In this document: one piece after another, positions 56,238 to 64,000 of the stretch | Layout of the letters: each line of letters begins with the position of its first letter | How positions within the stretch are numbered: the first letter of the stretch is position 1 | From: Candidatus Woesearchaeota archaeon | GTDB taxonomy: Archaea; Nanobdellota; Nanobdellia; Woesearchaeales; JACPBO01 | Length of the DNA: 64,000 nucleotides | Reading direction: 5' to 3' | Assembly: GCA_030651135.1 (NCBI GenBank) | Contig: JAUSCS010000006.1 | Location: 522,160-586,159, forward strand | Notes under the pieces: model-generated | Told to the model about the DNA's origin: nothing | Databases searched by the model: none | What the model saw: the letters and a program-made list of their open reading frames with translations, nothing else | Made by a program: the position numbers and the translations under genes

Positions 56238-57800
56238 ATGGCTGAATTAAATATGCAGGATATGCAGCAATATGATGTCATTCTGGTAAGCGGGGAATAT
56301 TATGCAGATCATCCGATGTCTGCTGCCGGCATCCTGGTCAGAGTTTTACAAGACAAAGGCTATTCTGTGGCTGTAATTGAAAAGCCGGATTGGAAAACAG
56401 ATAAAGATTTCTTAAAATTCGGCAGGCCTAAATTATTTTTCGGAGTTACTTCCGGCTCAATTGATTCGATGCTGGTTAATTATACCCCTTTGAAAAAATT
56501 AAGGTCTGAAGACAAAAAACACCCGTATTATTCAGGAATCCCTGACAGGGCTGTAATTGTATATTGCAATAAGCTGAGGCAGTTATTTAAGGATTCTGTT
56601 CTGGTGATCGGCGGAATAGAAGCTTCTATGAGGAGATTTACGCATTATGACTATTGGAATAATGGCCTGAGAAAGAGCATATTGTTTGATTCAAGGGCAA
56701 ATATCCTTGTTTATGGAAGCGGGGAATACCAGATAATTGAGATAGCTGATAAGCTAAAACAAGGAAAAAGCATTGAAAATATAGAGGGCACCTGCATTGT
56801 TTCAGATAATGCTCCAAAAGATTTTGAAATAATTCCCTCCTATGAAGAAGCCTCAGAAGACAAAAAAGTTTTCTGCAGGATGCAGCTGATGTTTTCGCAA
56901 AAAAAGAATATTGCGCAAAAAACAGCAGATAAATACGTTTTGCAGTATAAGGCGCACAATTATACAGCTCAGGAATTGGATTACATCTATGGATTAGATT
57001 ATTCAAGGGATATCCCGAAAAAATTCCCGGAATTCAGGATGGCTCAGTTCAGTGTTGTAACCCATCGCGGCTGCATAGGTGATTGCAATTTCTGCTCAAT
57101 TTCCCTGCATCAGGGAAGCAGGATCGTTTCAAGAAGCGAAAAATCAATTTTAGATGAATTGAAAAAAATTACAAAACACAAAGATTTCAAAGGATACATT
57201 GATGATTTTGGCGGGGCTTCCGCAAATATGTACGGCATGGATTGTGTGAAATGCGATAATAGCATTTGTATGAGCTGCAAACATTTAGATAAATCGCATT
57301 CAAGGCTCGTGCATCTTATGAGAGAAGCCAGGAAAATACCCGGGATAAAAAAGATTTTCATAAGATCGGGAATAAGATATGATCTGGCTGTTGAAAGCGA
57401 AGAATATGTAAAAGAATTATCAAAATATCACATAAGCGGATGCTTAAAAATAGCACCGGAGCATTTTTCTGAAAAAGTGCTTAAGCTTATGAACAAATCA
57501 AGCAAAAGTTTTGATAAGTTTAAGCAGATGTTTGATAAATATAATCTGCCTTTAAATCAGTCTTTAAAATACTATTTCATGACAGGGCATCCAGGAAGCA
57601 CTCTTGATGAAGTTGAGGTATTGGCTGCAAAATTAGGCAAACTAAAAAATACAGAAAGCGTTCAATTATTTACGCCAACACCGATGACAGTATCAACATG
57701 TATGTATTATACCGGATTAAATCCCTACACCTTGGAAAAGGTTTACATTCCCTATACTTATAATGAGAAGAAAAAGCAAAAAAATATTCTTTACAGCTAA
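56238..57800 (+). CDS. YgiQ-family radical SAM protein (UPF0313)
   Basis: HRGCIGDCNFCSI CxxxCxxC. N-terminal DUF3362-like region. ATG at 56238 (MAELNMQ) is in frame. The track ORF starts further upstream. Confidence 0.75.
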   Translation: MAELNMQDMQQYDVILVSGEYYADHPMSAAGILVRVLQDKGYSVAVIEKPDWKTDKDFLKFGRPKLFFGVTSGSIDSMLVNYTPLKKLRSEDKKHPYYSGIPDRAVIVYCNKLRQLFKDSVLVIGGIEASMRRFTHYDYWNNGLRKSILFDSRANILVYGSGEYQIIEIADKLKQGKSIENIEGTCIVSDNAPKDFEIIPSYEEASEDKKVFCRMQLMFSQKKNIAQKTADKYVLQYKAHNYTAQELDYIYGLDYSRDIPKKFPEFRMAQFSVVTHRGCIGDCNFCSISLHQGSRIVSRSEKSILDELKKITKHKDFKGYIDDFGGASANMYGMDCVKCDNSICMSCKHLDKSHSRLVHLMREARKIPGIKKIFIRSGIRYDLAVESEEYVKELSKYHISGCLKIAPEHFSEKVLKLMNKSSKSFDKFKQMFDKYNLPLNQSLKYYFMTGHPGSTLDEVEVLAAKLGKLKNTESVQLFTPTPMTVSTCMYYTGLNPYTLEKVYIPYTYNEKKKQKNILYS

Positions 57801-57869
57801 AATTTAGGGCTTTTTTATCTAGCCCTGCATTGAAGCTTTCCAAATCCGATTGATGAGCTTTTCTTTACT

Positions 57870-58388
57870 TTACAAAGTCTTTGATACGATCTCTCTCGTT
57901 TTGTTTATCGCTTCTTTGCACATTTCAACCAGTTTATTAAATTTCTCTTTTTCTTTAAAATCCAAATCAGCAGTGTACTGGAAATTCTCCCTTAAGGCGA
58001 TTATATTGCTCTCCTGCCTTTCTTCTATCTTTTCTATCTTTAAGGCATCTATGAACTTTTGGTCAATATCTATTTTCCCTTCCTCTTTAAGCATTTCTAT
58101 TACCGCCAGGGTGCATTCTTGATTTCTTGATGCATAACCAAATTTTATGAGGATGGCCAGGAAACAATGATAGATGCAATAAAAGAATGCTGATACAGAC
58201 CAGTCTGAAAACCCTCCTTTTTCAAGATAAAGGGCAGCTTTTAAGTTATGCTCTGCTTTCGTTATGTGCCTTCTAGCCAATTCATCATCTTTTTCTGTTT
58301 CAACTAGCCCTCTATGCAGATTAGAGTCCTGAAGCTCTTTTTTTGCCTTATCTAAACACCATTTAACCTTATTGGTTGCTTCTGACAT
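57870..58388 (-). CDS. HEPN-domain protein (toxin-like partner of nucleotidyltransferase)
   Basis: Rx4-6H-type motif (RRHITKAEH). Overlaps the upstream MNT gene by 20 nt. Confidence 0.6.
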   Translation of the reverse strand: MSEATNKVKWCLDKAKKELQDSNLHRGLVETEKDDELARRHITKAEHNLKAALYLEKGGFSDWSVSAFFYCIYHCFLAILIKFGYASRNQECTLAVIEMLKEEGKIDIDQKFIDALKIEKIEERQESNIIALRENFQYTADLDFKEKEKFNKLVEMCKEAINKTREIVSKTL

Positions 58389-58965
58389 TTTTTAGCGCCT
58401 CCACTAATTTACTATATCCGTGCAATACATAACAGGAGCCGATTATATTTAAAATCACTTCATCTCTTCTTTTTAAGCTTGCATTTAAATCCTCGGGAGT
58501 CATCTTTATCACATGGATCGGTCTTGTAGAAATTGTTCTTCTTTCTTTTATTATTTTGTCTATGACGCCATTATCTTCTTTTTTAGCTATCATCAATAAA
58601 TCAATATCATTTGCATTTTTCGGATCATTAACTATGGAGCCGAATATTATTGCAATCTCTGCATGGCCATATAAATCTGTAAACTCGTGCAGCCACCTTG
58701 AAGCCTTTTCCCTTGCTTCATTGATAAGCAGAGTTTCTATAACCCTGAATGCATAATAATCATCTAAATTCGCTTTATAAAATATTGCTTTGCCCATTCT
58801 TTTTCCTGCAATCAGCTTTTGTCTTTCCAGTCTTTTCATTGCCTTAAACGCACCGGCAGAAGTGATCTTTATCTTTTTGGTTATATTATTTGAATTGTAA
58901 TCATTGGAAATATCTTTAACTAAAAGAAGCAATATTTCAATTTCCTTGTCAGCCAGCCCTTTCAT
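58369..58965 (-). CDS. minimal nucleotidyltransferase (MNT) with N-terminal wHTH
   Basis: AIIFGSIVNDPKNANDIDLLMI (GSx...DxD NTase motif). Confidence 0.7.
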   Translation of the reverse strand: MKGLADKEIEILLLLVKDISNDYNSNNITKKIKITSAGAFKAMKRLERQKLIAGKRMGKAIFYKANLDDYYAFRVIETLLINEAREKASRWLHEFTDLYGHAEIAIIFGSIVNDPKNANDIDLLMIAKKEDNGVIDKIIKERRTISTRPIHVIKMTPEDLNASLKRRDEVILNIIGSCYVLHGYSKLVEALKNVRSNQ

Positions 58966-59003
58966 ATTAACTCGTAGTTAGTATATCTTAACTCGCAGTT
59001 AGT
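58963..59003. promoter_or_regulatory. tandem ~21-nt direct repeats upstream of the MNT–HEPN operon
   Basis: TTAACTCGTAGTTAGTATAT / TTAACTCGCAGTTAGTATAT, adjacent copies. Confidence 0.5.
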
Positions 59004-59095
59004 ATATAAAACTTTCGGTTTTTTGAAGAAATAAATCACATTCCACAATCATCATAAATTATCAAGCTTCTTCTGCTTCTTTTTGCGTCAGATAT

Positions 59096-59656
59096 TCAGG
59101 CATTTATCCCCACCTTCACAAAGTCCATATCGCCTTTAATAAGATTGCCTTTAATAATGTTTCTGATCAATCCAAGCCCAAATTTATGCAGTTCTTGCTG
59201 GTTATGGCAAATAAAGAGCTGTATATTCCTGCTGAGCTTCATTTCATAATTTCCTATCTTCAAGCCCTCTGGATCACCGTAAATAAACAGATCTATATCG
59301 CTGTTCTTGTACCAGTCTGAGCGCGCAAAACTGCCAAAAAGTATGACTGTTTTAGCTTTTCTTAACGAGCTTAAATGATTCAGAAATCCGCTGTCATAAA
59401 GCTTGTTTAATGCGAACAATTTCTTCCTGTTTTTGTAAGCGGGAGACTCATAATTGCCTGTGTAATATGGCATTTTGCCCCTTTCTTTTACTCTTTTAAC
59501 CAGCTTTTCTTTAGTAAACTGTTTAAGCCATCTGTCTGCCTTGCTTCTCGCAAGTTTTGCCTCTTTTAATATCTCTTCAAAATGCCACTCTTTAGTCGGA
59601 TTTTCAAAAAACAATTCAAGAACGTGATCTTCTTTGCTTTTCATAATAGTTCCCAT
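59096..59656 (-). CDS. nucleotidyltransferase (MNT family) with N-terminal HTH, solo
   Basis: VILFGSFARSDWYKNSDIDLFIYGD motif. Confidence 0.7.
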   Translation of the reverse strand: MGTIMKSKEDHVLELFFENPTKEWHFEEILKEAKLARSKADRWLKQFTKEKLVKRVKERGKMPYYTGNYESPAYKNRKKLFALNKLYDSGFLNHLSSLRKAKTVILFGSFARSDWYKNSDIDLFIYGDPEGLKIGNYEMKLSRNIQLFICHNQQELHKFGLGLIRNIIKGNLIKGDMDFVKVGINA

Positions 59657-59687
59657 AATAGGAACTAATATTTAAATCTTTCCAAAT

Positions 59688-61037
59688 TCAAGTTTCCAAT
59701 CCCAATCCCCTAACAACCATCTCAGGCTCAAAAACTTTCAGATCATCATACTTCTGCCCAACTCCAATGAACAAGATCGGCTTCTTTGTAATGTAGCTTG
59801 TTGAGATCGCAGCCCCTCCTTTCTCATCAACATCAGCCTTTGTCAGTATTATTCCGTCAATGCCGATTGACTCGTTGAACTGCTTGGCCTGCTCAACAGC
59901 GTCATTTCCTGTTAAGGAATCGCCAACAAATATCTTGAGGTCAGGCTTTGTAACCCTCACAATCTTTTTCATTTCATCCATTAAATTTTCATTGCTGTGC
60001 TGCCTTCCGGCAGTATCTATCAGCACAACATCTTTCTTGTTTGCTCTTGCATGCTGTATTGCATCAAACGCAACAGCAGCTGCATCTGCCCCATAACCGT
60101 GCTTTATCATCCTGACATCAAGCGCTTCGCAGTGCTTCTCCAATTGCTCGATTGCTGCAACCCTGAATGTGTCCGATGCTGCAACAATACAGCTTAAGCC
60201 ATTCTTTTTAAAAAAATTAATCACTTTTGCCAGATTAGTTGTCTTGCCGGCTCCATTCACTCCAAAAAATATCATCACATATGGCTTTTCTTTTTTCTCC
60301 TTTATTTTTTTGATCAAATCAATATTTTCGACCTTGAACAAGTCTTCAATGCTGTTTTTAAGGGTTCTTTTGATTACGTCCTCAATCTTAAATCTGTCAA
60401 TCTTCTTTTCAACAACCTCTTTTTTCATATCGTTCTTTATTTTTTCTATAACTTCAACAGCAACATTATTCTCCAGTAAAACAACCTCAAGATCCCAGAA
60501 CAGCTCATCAAATCTTTCCTCGGAAATAGCTTTCTTAGTTATTGCCTCGGATATTTTCTTGAAAAATCCTTTTTTCTCAGGCTCTTCTTCAATTTCTTTT
60601 TCTTCAGCTTTTGCCTCTTCTTTTATTTCTTCGTGCTCTTTCTCTTCTTCAGTTGGCTCTATTTTTTTAATTTCTTTTTCAGCAGGCTTTTCTTTTATCT
60701 CCTCTTTTTCTTCTGGCTTGGTTTCAGGCTCTTCTTTAGTTTCTTTCTTTTTAGCAAATGTTTCTTTTATTTTCTGAAAAAACGATTTTGGCTTTTCCAA
60801 ATCTGTCATATCTTCGTCTTCAGCCGCTTTCTCTTTTACTTTTAATTCCTCTTTTATTTCCTTTTTTTCAGCCTGTTTTTCTTCTTTTTCAATGCGCTTT
60901 TCTTCGGTTTTTATTTCTTCTTCAGCAGGCTTTTCTTTTATCTCCTCTTTTTCTTCAATCTCTTCTTCAGCCTTTTTGCTGAATATAGAAACAGCCTTCT
61001 GCAGCTTTTCCTTTAGAAATTTAAACATTAAGCTCAC
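59688..61037 (-). CDS. ftsY: signal recognition particle receptor FtsY
   Basis: NG domain with FFGVNGAGKTT, DTAGRQ. Acidic repetitive N-terminus. Confidence 0.9.
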   Translation of the reverse strand: MSLMFKFLKEKLQKAVSIFSKKAEEEIEEKEEIKEKPAEEEIKTEEKRIEKEEKQAEKKEIKEELKVKEKAAEDEDMTDLEKPKSFFQKIKETFAKKKETKEEPETKPEEKEEIKEKPAEKEIKKIEPTEEEKEHEEIKEEAKAEEKEIEEEPEKKGFFKKISEAITKKAISEERFDELFWDLEVVLLENNVAVEVIEKIKNDMKKEVVEKKIDRFKIEDVIKRTLKNSIEDLFKVENIDLIKKIKEKKEKPYVMIFFGVNGAGKTTNLAKVINFFKKNGLSCIVAASDTFRVAAIEQLEKHCEALDVRMIKHGYGADAAAVAFDAIQHARANKKDVVLIDTAGRQHSNENLMDEMKKIVRVTKPDLKIFVGDSLTGNDAVEQAKQFNESIGIDGIILTKADVDEKGGAAISTSYITKKPILFIGVGQKYDDLKVFEPEMVVRGLGLET

Positions 61038-61462
61038 TCTTTGGATTCTTTTACAAGATCTTGCAGCTCATCATCCAGCTGCTGCACCCTTTCGCCAGCC
61101 ATCTGCAGATTAGCCAGCATTTCCTGCTGAACAGCATTCATCTGCCCTAATTGGTCGCTTAATAATGTTTTAACGTCATCTATTGGCTTTTTAATAACAA
61201 CTCCTGCACCAACATTGACAAGTACATCCTCGCTGTCCAATAACTTTGCTTTTGCAAAAACACCGCCTGTAATGGGAACAAACAGATCATTCTCTTTCCC
61301 TATCTTTTTAAAATCATCAAGATTGCCAATAGTATTGTTTAGTTCAATGCCCTGCTGCATTATCATCTGCAGCTGCTCCTGCAGCTTTTTAAACTGCTCA
61401 TTCATCAGCTGGAACTCCATATATTTCTCTTTCAGCTCCTTCTGTTTTTCATTCTTCTCCAA
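61034..61462 (-). CDS. pfdA: prefoldin alpha subunit
   Basis: Coiled-coil with central hairpin VLVNVGAGVVIKK. Conserved pfdA–ftsY adjacency. Confidence 0.65.
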   Translation of the reverse strand: MEKNEKQKELKEKYMEFQLMNEQFKKLQEQLQMIMQQGIELNNTIGNLDDFKKIGKENDLFVPITGGVFAKAKLLDSEDVLVNVGAGVVIKKPIDDVKTLLSDQLGQMNAVQQEMLANLQMAGERVQQLDDELQDLVKESKE

Positions 61463-61520
61463 TTAAACCACCAAGAAGCAGGAAGATATGTTTATTTATA
61501 AGTTTATTGATTATTAAGAA

Positions 61521-62285
61521 TCAAATCATCCCAAGCTCTTTATCCGCCTGTCTTTGCGTCCTCAACAGCTCAACTTCAATCTCCCCGAAATGCTCGTACT
61601 GCCAAAGGTCTATTTTCCTCTGGTGAGTCAGATGAAGCAGCGGAATAAATGTATATACTTTGTCTTCCTTGCTTTGCGAAGGCACAAGATTCGAGAATGT
61701 CAGCTTTGATCTTTTATGAAATACAAAGAAATCCTTGATCTTCCTGTAAACATCCCTTACAACAAGAGTCATATCAACGCCCTTTTTAGGGATTTCAAAA
61801 TCAGTTACAGGCATTCTGCTCAGAACCCTTCTTCTTTTGACTTCCAATGCCTGTTCTAATGCGCCCACAAGGTCATAAATCGAAACCTTTCTTTTCCTTG
61901 GCTGCGGAGTCCTTGGAATCAGCTTTGCCTTTTCAGCATCCGGCTCCCCTCTTGTTTCCTCCAGCACATCAAGGAATGCCTCATCATCGCCCTGCTCGCT
62001 TACTGAAATCAGCCGGTCTAATACATCTAAATCTTCTCCAACTAAGCGGTTTGACTTTATTTTAAGAAGTATGGCGGCAGCAAGCAGCACTTTCCCGGAA
62101 ATCCTGAAATCCATTTGCTTTAGCTGTTTGACCAGCCCTATGTATTTCTGGGTCAGAAGCGAAATATCAATGTCCCAGGGGTCCATCTGCTCTGTCCTGA
62201 CAAGATCATAAAGAATCGTCTGCCATGTCAACTCATCTTCTTCGACGATCATCTTGAAGATACTCTCGTTGTTTGGCATTTTCAC
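61521..62285 (-). CDS. scpA: segregation and condensation protein A (ScpA kleisin)
   Basis: N-terminal WQTILYDLVRTEQMDPWDIDISLLTQKYI and C-terminal winged-helix region. Confidence 0.7.
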   Translation of the reverse strand: MKMPNNESIFKMIVEEDELTWQTILYDLVRTEQMDPWDIDISLLTQKYIGLVKQLKQMDFRISGKVLLAAAILLKIKSNRLVGEDLDVLDRLISVSEQGDDEAFLDVLEETRGEPDAEKAKLIPRTPQPRKRKVSIYDLVGALEQALEVKRRRVLSRMPVTDFEIPKKGVDMTLVVRDVYRKIKDFFVFHKRSKLTFSNLVPSQSKEDKVYTFIPLLHLTHQRKIDLWQYEHFGEIEVELLRTQRQADKELGMI

Positions 62286-62330
62286 CTTTTTTAATTTTAA
62301 TTTTATTCAAAGTTTATAAGGTTTTTGATA

Positions 62331-62455
62331 TGTCGGAAATATCATCAGTCTTTTACTGATATATTTCCGAGCATGCTCAAAAACCACTTCAATGTAAGGT
62401 ATGGCTTAAAGGCGTACTGCACAATATGCCACCCGTCTGTAAGAGGTGGTTTTTG
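62331..62455. other. two inverted-repeat/hairpin elements between scpA and the tRNA cluster
   Basis: TCGGAAATATCATCAGT...ACTGATATATTTCCGA hairpin, and an element closed by AAAAACCAC/GTGGTTTTT enclosing ~60 nt. Confidence 0.35.
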
Positions 62456-62493
62456 ATAAAGTTTAAATATCATTCAAGAAATCTCCATATTAT

Positions 62494-62566
62494 GGGCTCA
62501 TAGTTCAGTGGCTAGAACGTCGCCCTTACAAGGCGAAGGTCGCCGGTTCGAGTCCGGTTGGGCCCA
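62494..62566 (+). tRNA. tRNA-Val (TAC)
   Basis: Canonical cloverleaf, anticodon loop CTTACAA, T-loop TTCGAGT. Confidence 0.85.
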
Positions 62567-62570
62567 TTTG

Positions 62571-62642
62571 CGCCAGTGATCTAGTGGCTATGATAGGGCC
62601 TTGCCAAGGCTCTCACCCGAGTTCGACTCTCGGCTGGCGCAT
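62571..62642 (+). tRNA. tRNA-Gly (GCC)
   Basis: Acceptor GCGCCAG/CTGGCGC, anticodon loop TTGCCAA, T-loop TTCGACT. Confidence 0.85.
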
Positions 62643-62690
62643 TTTTTAAAGCACAAATTTTATAAACAGATTGGCAATAATCATTCTCAA

Positions 62691-62874
62691 GAGTCCGTAG
62701 CTCAGTCTGGTTAGAGCGCCGTGTTTAAGAAATATCTTAAACGCGTAAGTCTTATATGAGATTTTTGGACGCAATGCGAAAATCCAAAAATTCTCTAAGC
62801 CAGCCGGCGGTCTGGGGTTCAAATATCCCGGAGGGAACCAAATTCCTCGGGATTTGAAAGTCCCTGCGGACTCA
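62691..62874 (+). tRNA. 184-nt tRNA gene with multiple/large non-canonical introns (T-loop intron evident; possibly Leu-TAA)
   Basis: Acceptor GAGTCCG/CGGACTC. Canonical D-arm GCTC-AGTCTGGTTA-GAGC. 5' anticodon half CCGTG-TTTAAG. T-stem TGGGG/CCCTG enclosing TTCAAAT + ~37 nt ending TTTGAAAGT (same architecture as the tRNA-Cys T-loop insert). Confidence 0.5.
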
Positions 62875-62877
62875 TAT

Positions 62878-62955
62878 GCCCCCATGGTGTAGTCCGGCCA
62901 ATCATTCGGCCTTTTCGAGGCTGAGACACGGGTTCGAATCCCGTTGGGGGCACCA
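62878..62955 (+). tRNA. tRNA-Glu (TTC), CCA encoded
   Basis: Acceptor GCCCCCA/TGGGGGC, anticodon loop TTTTCGA, T-loop TTCGAAT, 3' CCA at 62953-62955. Confidence 0.85.
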
Positions 62956-62963
62956 TTTTCAAC

Positions 62964-63722
62964 ATGAAACCAAAAAACGCAGCAGTTGTTTACCATTTTA
63001 AAGACAAATCTTTCAAATCAATCTGCAATGTTCTGAAGAAAAACAACATAAAATTCAGCATTTTCTCAAGAGAAAACTTGAATGAAAACAGTTTTAAAAA
63101 TAAGGATATGGTTATTGCACTAGGCGGCGACGGAACGTTTTTAAGGGCATCGCATTTCATTGTAAATTCCACCATAATGGGCGTTAACGCAGATCCCAAA
63201 AATAAAGAAGGATTTTTCATGTGCTGCAGCATTAAGGGCTTTGAAAATAAATTCAGAAGTATTTTACAGAATAAATTTAAAAAAATAAAACTGAACAGGC
63301 TTGAACTTAAAATAAACAATGAAAAAATAAGCACTCCGGCGTTAAACGAAGTTTACATCGGTTCTGCCAAAGCATACCATACATCAAATTACGAGCTTTC
63401 AGTTGACGGTAAAAAAGAGATTCAAAAAAGCTCAGGCATTTTGGTTGCAGCAGCTGCAGGAAGCACAGCATGGATCAAAAGCTCAGGCGGCAAAAAACTA
63501 ATCTTAAATTCTAAAAAGATGCAATATCTTATTAGAGAGCCTTACAGCGGCAGAATTTATAAATTTAGCCTTAAAAAAGGATTTGCCAGCAAAATAAAAA
63601 TAAAGGCATTAAAACGCGATCTTGTTGTTGTTATTGATTCTTTGACAGAAGAGCATTCATTGAAAAAAGGAAGTTCTGCAGAAATTTCAGCATCCAACAG
63701 ACCTTTAACAATAATAAAATAA
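62964..63722 (+). CDS. ppnK: NAD+ kinase
   Basis: GGDGT motif (ALGGDGTFLRA) and NAD kinase C-terminal beta domain. Confidence 0.85.
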   Translation: MKPKNAAVVYHFKDKSFKSICNVLKKNNIKFSIFSRENLNENSFKNKDMVIALGGDGTFLRASHFIVNSTIMGVNADPKNKEGFFMCCSIKGFENKFRSILQNKFKKIKLNRLELKINNEKISTPALNEVYIGSAKAYHTSNYELSVDGKKEIQKSSGILVAAAAGSTAWIKSSGGKKLILNSKKMQYLIREPYSGRIYKFSLKKGFASKIKIKALKRDLVVVIDSLTEEHSLKKGSSAEISASNRPLTIIK

Positions 63723-64000
63723 GTGGGAAGACGCACCAGAGAATTGACATAAAAATTGACCATCAGTTACCTTGAACTTTTCTTAACTCCGCTACCCTTT
63801 GAGCACCGATATCAAAGCTTAAGGCTGCCTAATGTAAGCTTTTGGCTTATTTCATTCCTGATCTGACCTCTTTCACTAAGACACCAATCCCGAAGGACAG
63901 AGTCTCATTGTCCAGCTCAAGACCAATAGCCAAAATATATGCCGTTCCTCTGATTTCAGCTCCGTCTAAAGCGTGTTTACGGTAACAGGAGAGCGCTAAC
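63723..64000 (-). ncRNA. ffs: signal recognition particle RNA (7S/SRP RNA), 5'-partial at window edge
   Basis: Reverse strand contains AGGTCAGATCAGGAATGAAATAAGCCAAAAGC, closely matching the universally conserved helix-8 core AGGUCAGGUCCGGAAGGAAGCAGCCAAGGC. CCTTCGGG tetraloop hairpin. GC-rich relative to the flanks. Confidence 0.55.

Noticed and set aside
60500-61000. Repetitive EEKEEIKEKPAE-encoding DNA as a possible CRISPR or tandem repeat
   Set aside because: Imperfect coding repeats forming the acidic N-terminal domain of FtsY. No spacer/repeat regularity.
62646-62996. 116-aa minus-strand ORF across the tRNA cluster
   Set aside because: Entirely overlaps four tRNA genes. GC-rich tRNA sequence generates an artefactual ORF.

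Overview
AT-rich archaeal chromosomal segment, probably from a DPANN-like lineage. The lineage call rests on a conserved archaeal information-processing block (L44e–S27e–aIF2alpha–Nop10–PAC2, FtsY–prefoldin alpha, ABCE1, archease–RtcB, TrmI, GINS-like, ScpA, enolase) mixed with bacterial-type genes (fused CoaD–CoaE, bacterial-like AlaRS). Standing out from the housekeeping genes: (i) a cluster of tRNA genes carrying non-canonical introns (D-loop, T-loop, possibly multiple), interleaved with two free-standing paralogous double-motif LAGLIDADG ORFs, plus a LAGLIDADG intein inside rtcB. (ii) Two paralogous radical-SAM/SPASM-like enzymes, each next to a TrmB-family regulator (four TrmB-like genes in the window), the second within a tightly packed, possibly co-transcribed block of unknown proteins and a stand-alone PEP-utilizing swivel domain. 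This is a candidate uncharacterised modification/biosynthetic system. (iii) A stand-alone AlaRS-like class-II catalytic-core paralog beside an atypical tRNA-like gene and a 246-nt GC-rich structured RNA. (iv) A 35-bp direct repeat duplicating the rtcB 3' end and bracketing an FTR1 permease + DtxR repressor cassette. (v) HEPN/MNT and DUF4258-type toxin-antitoxin-like modules, a Fic protein with triple operator motifs, and a MacB/FtsX-type ABC export locus with a surface protein. A partial SRP RNA lies at the 3' edge. No CRISPR array, rRNA or transposase was recognised.
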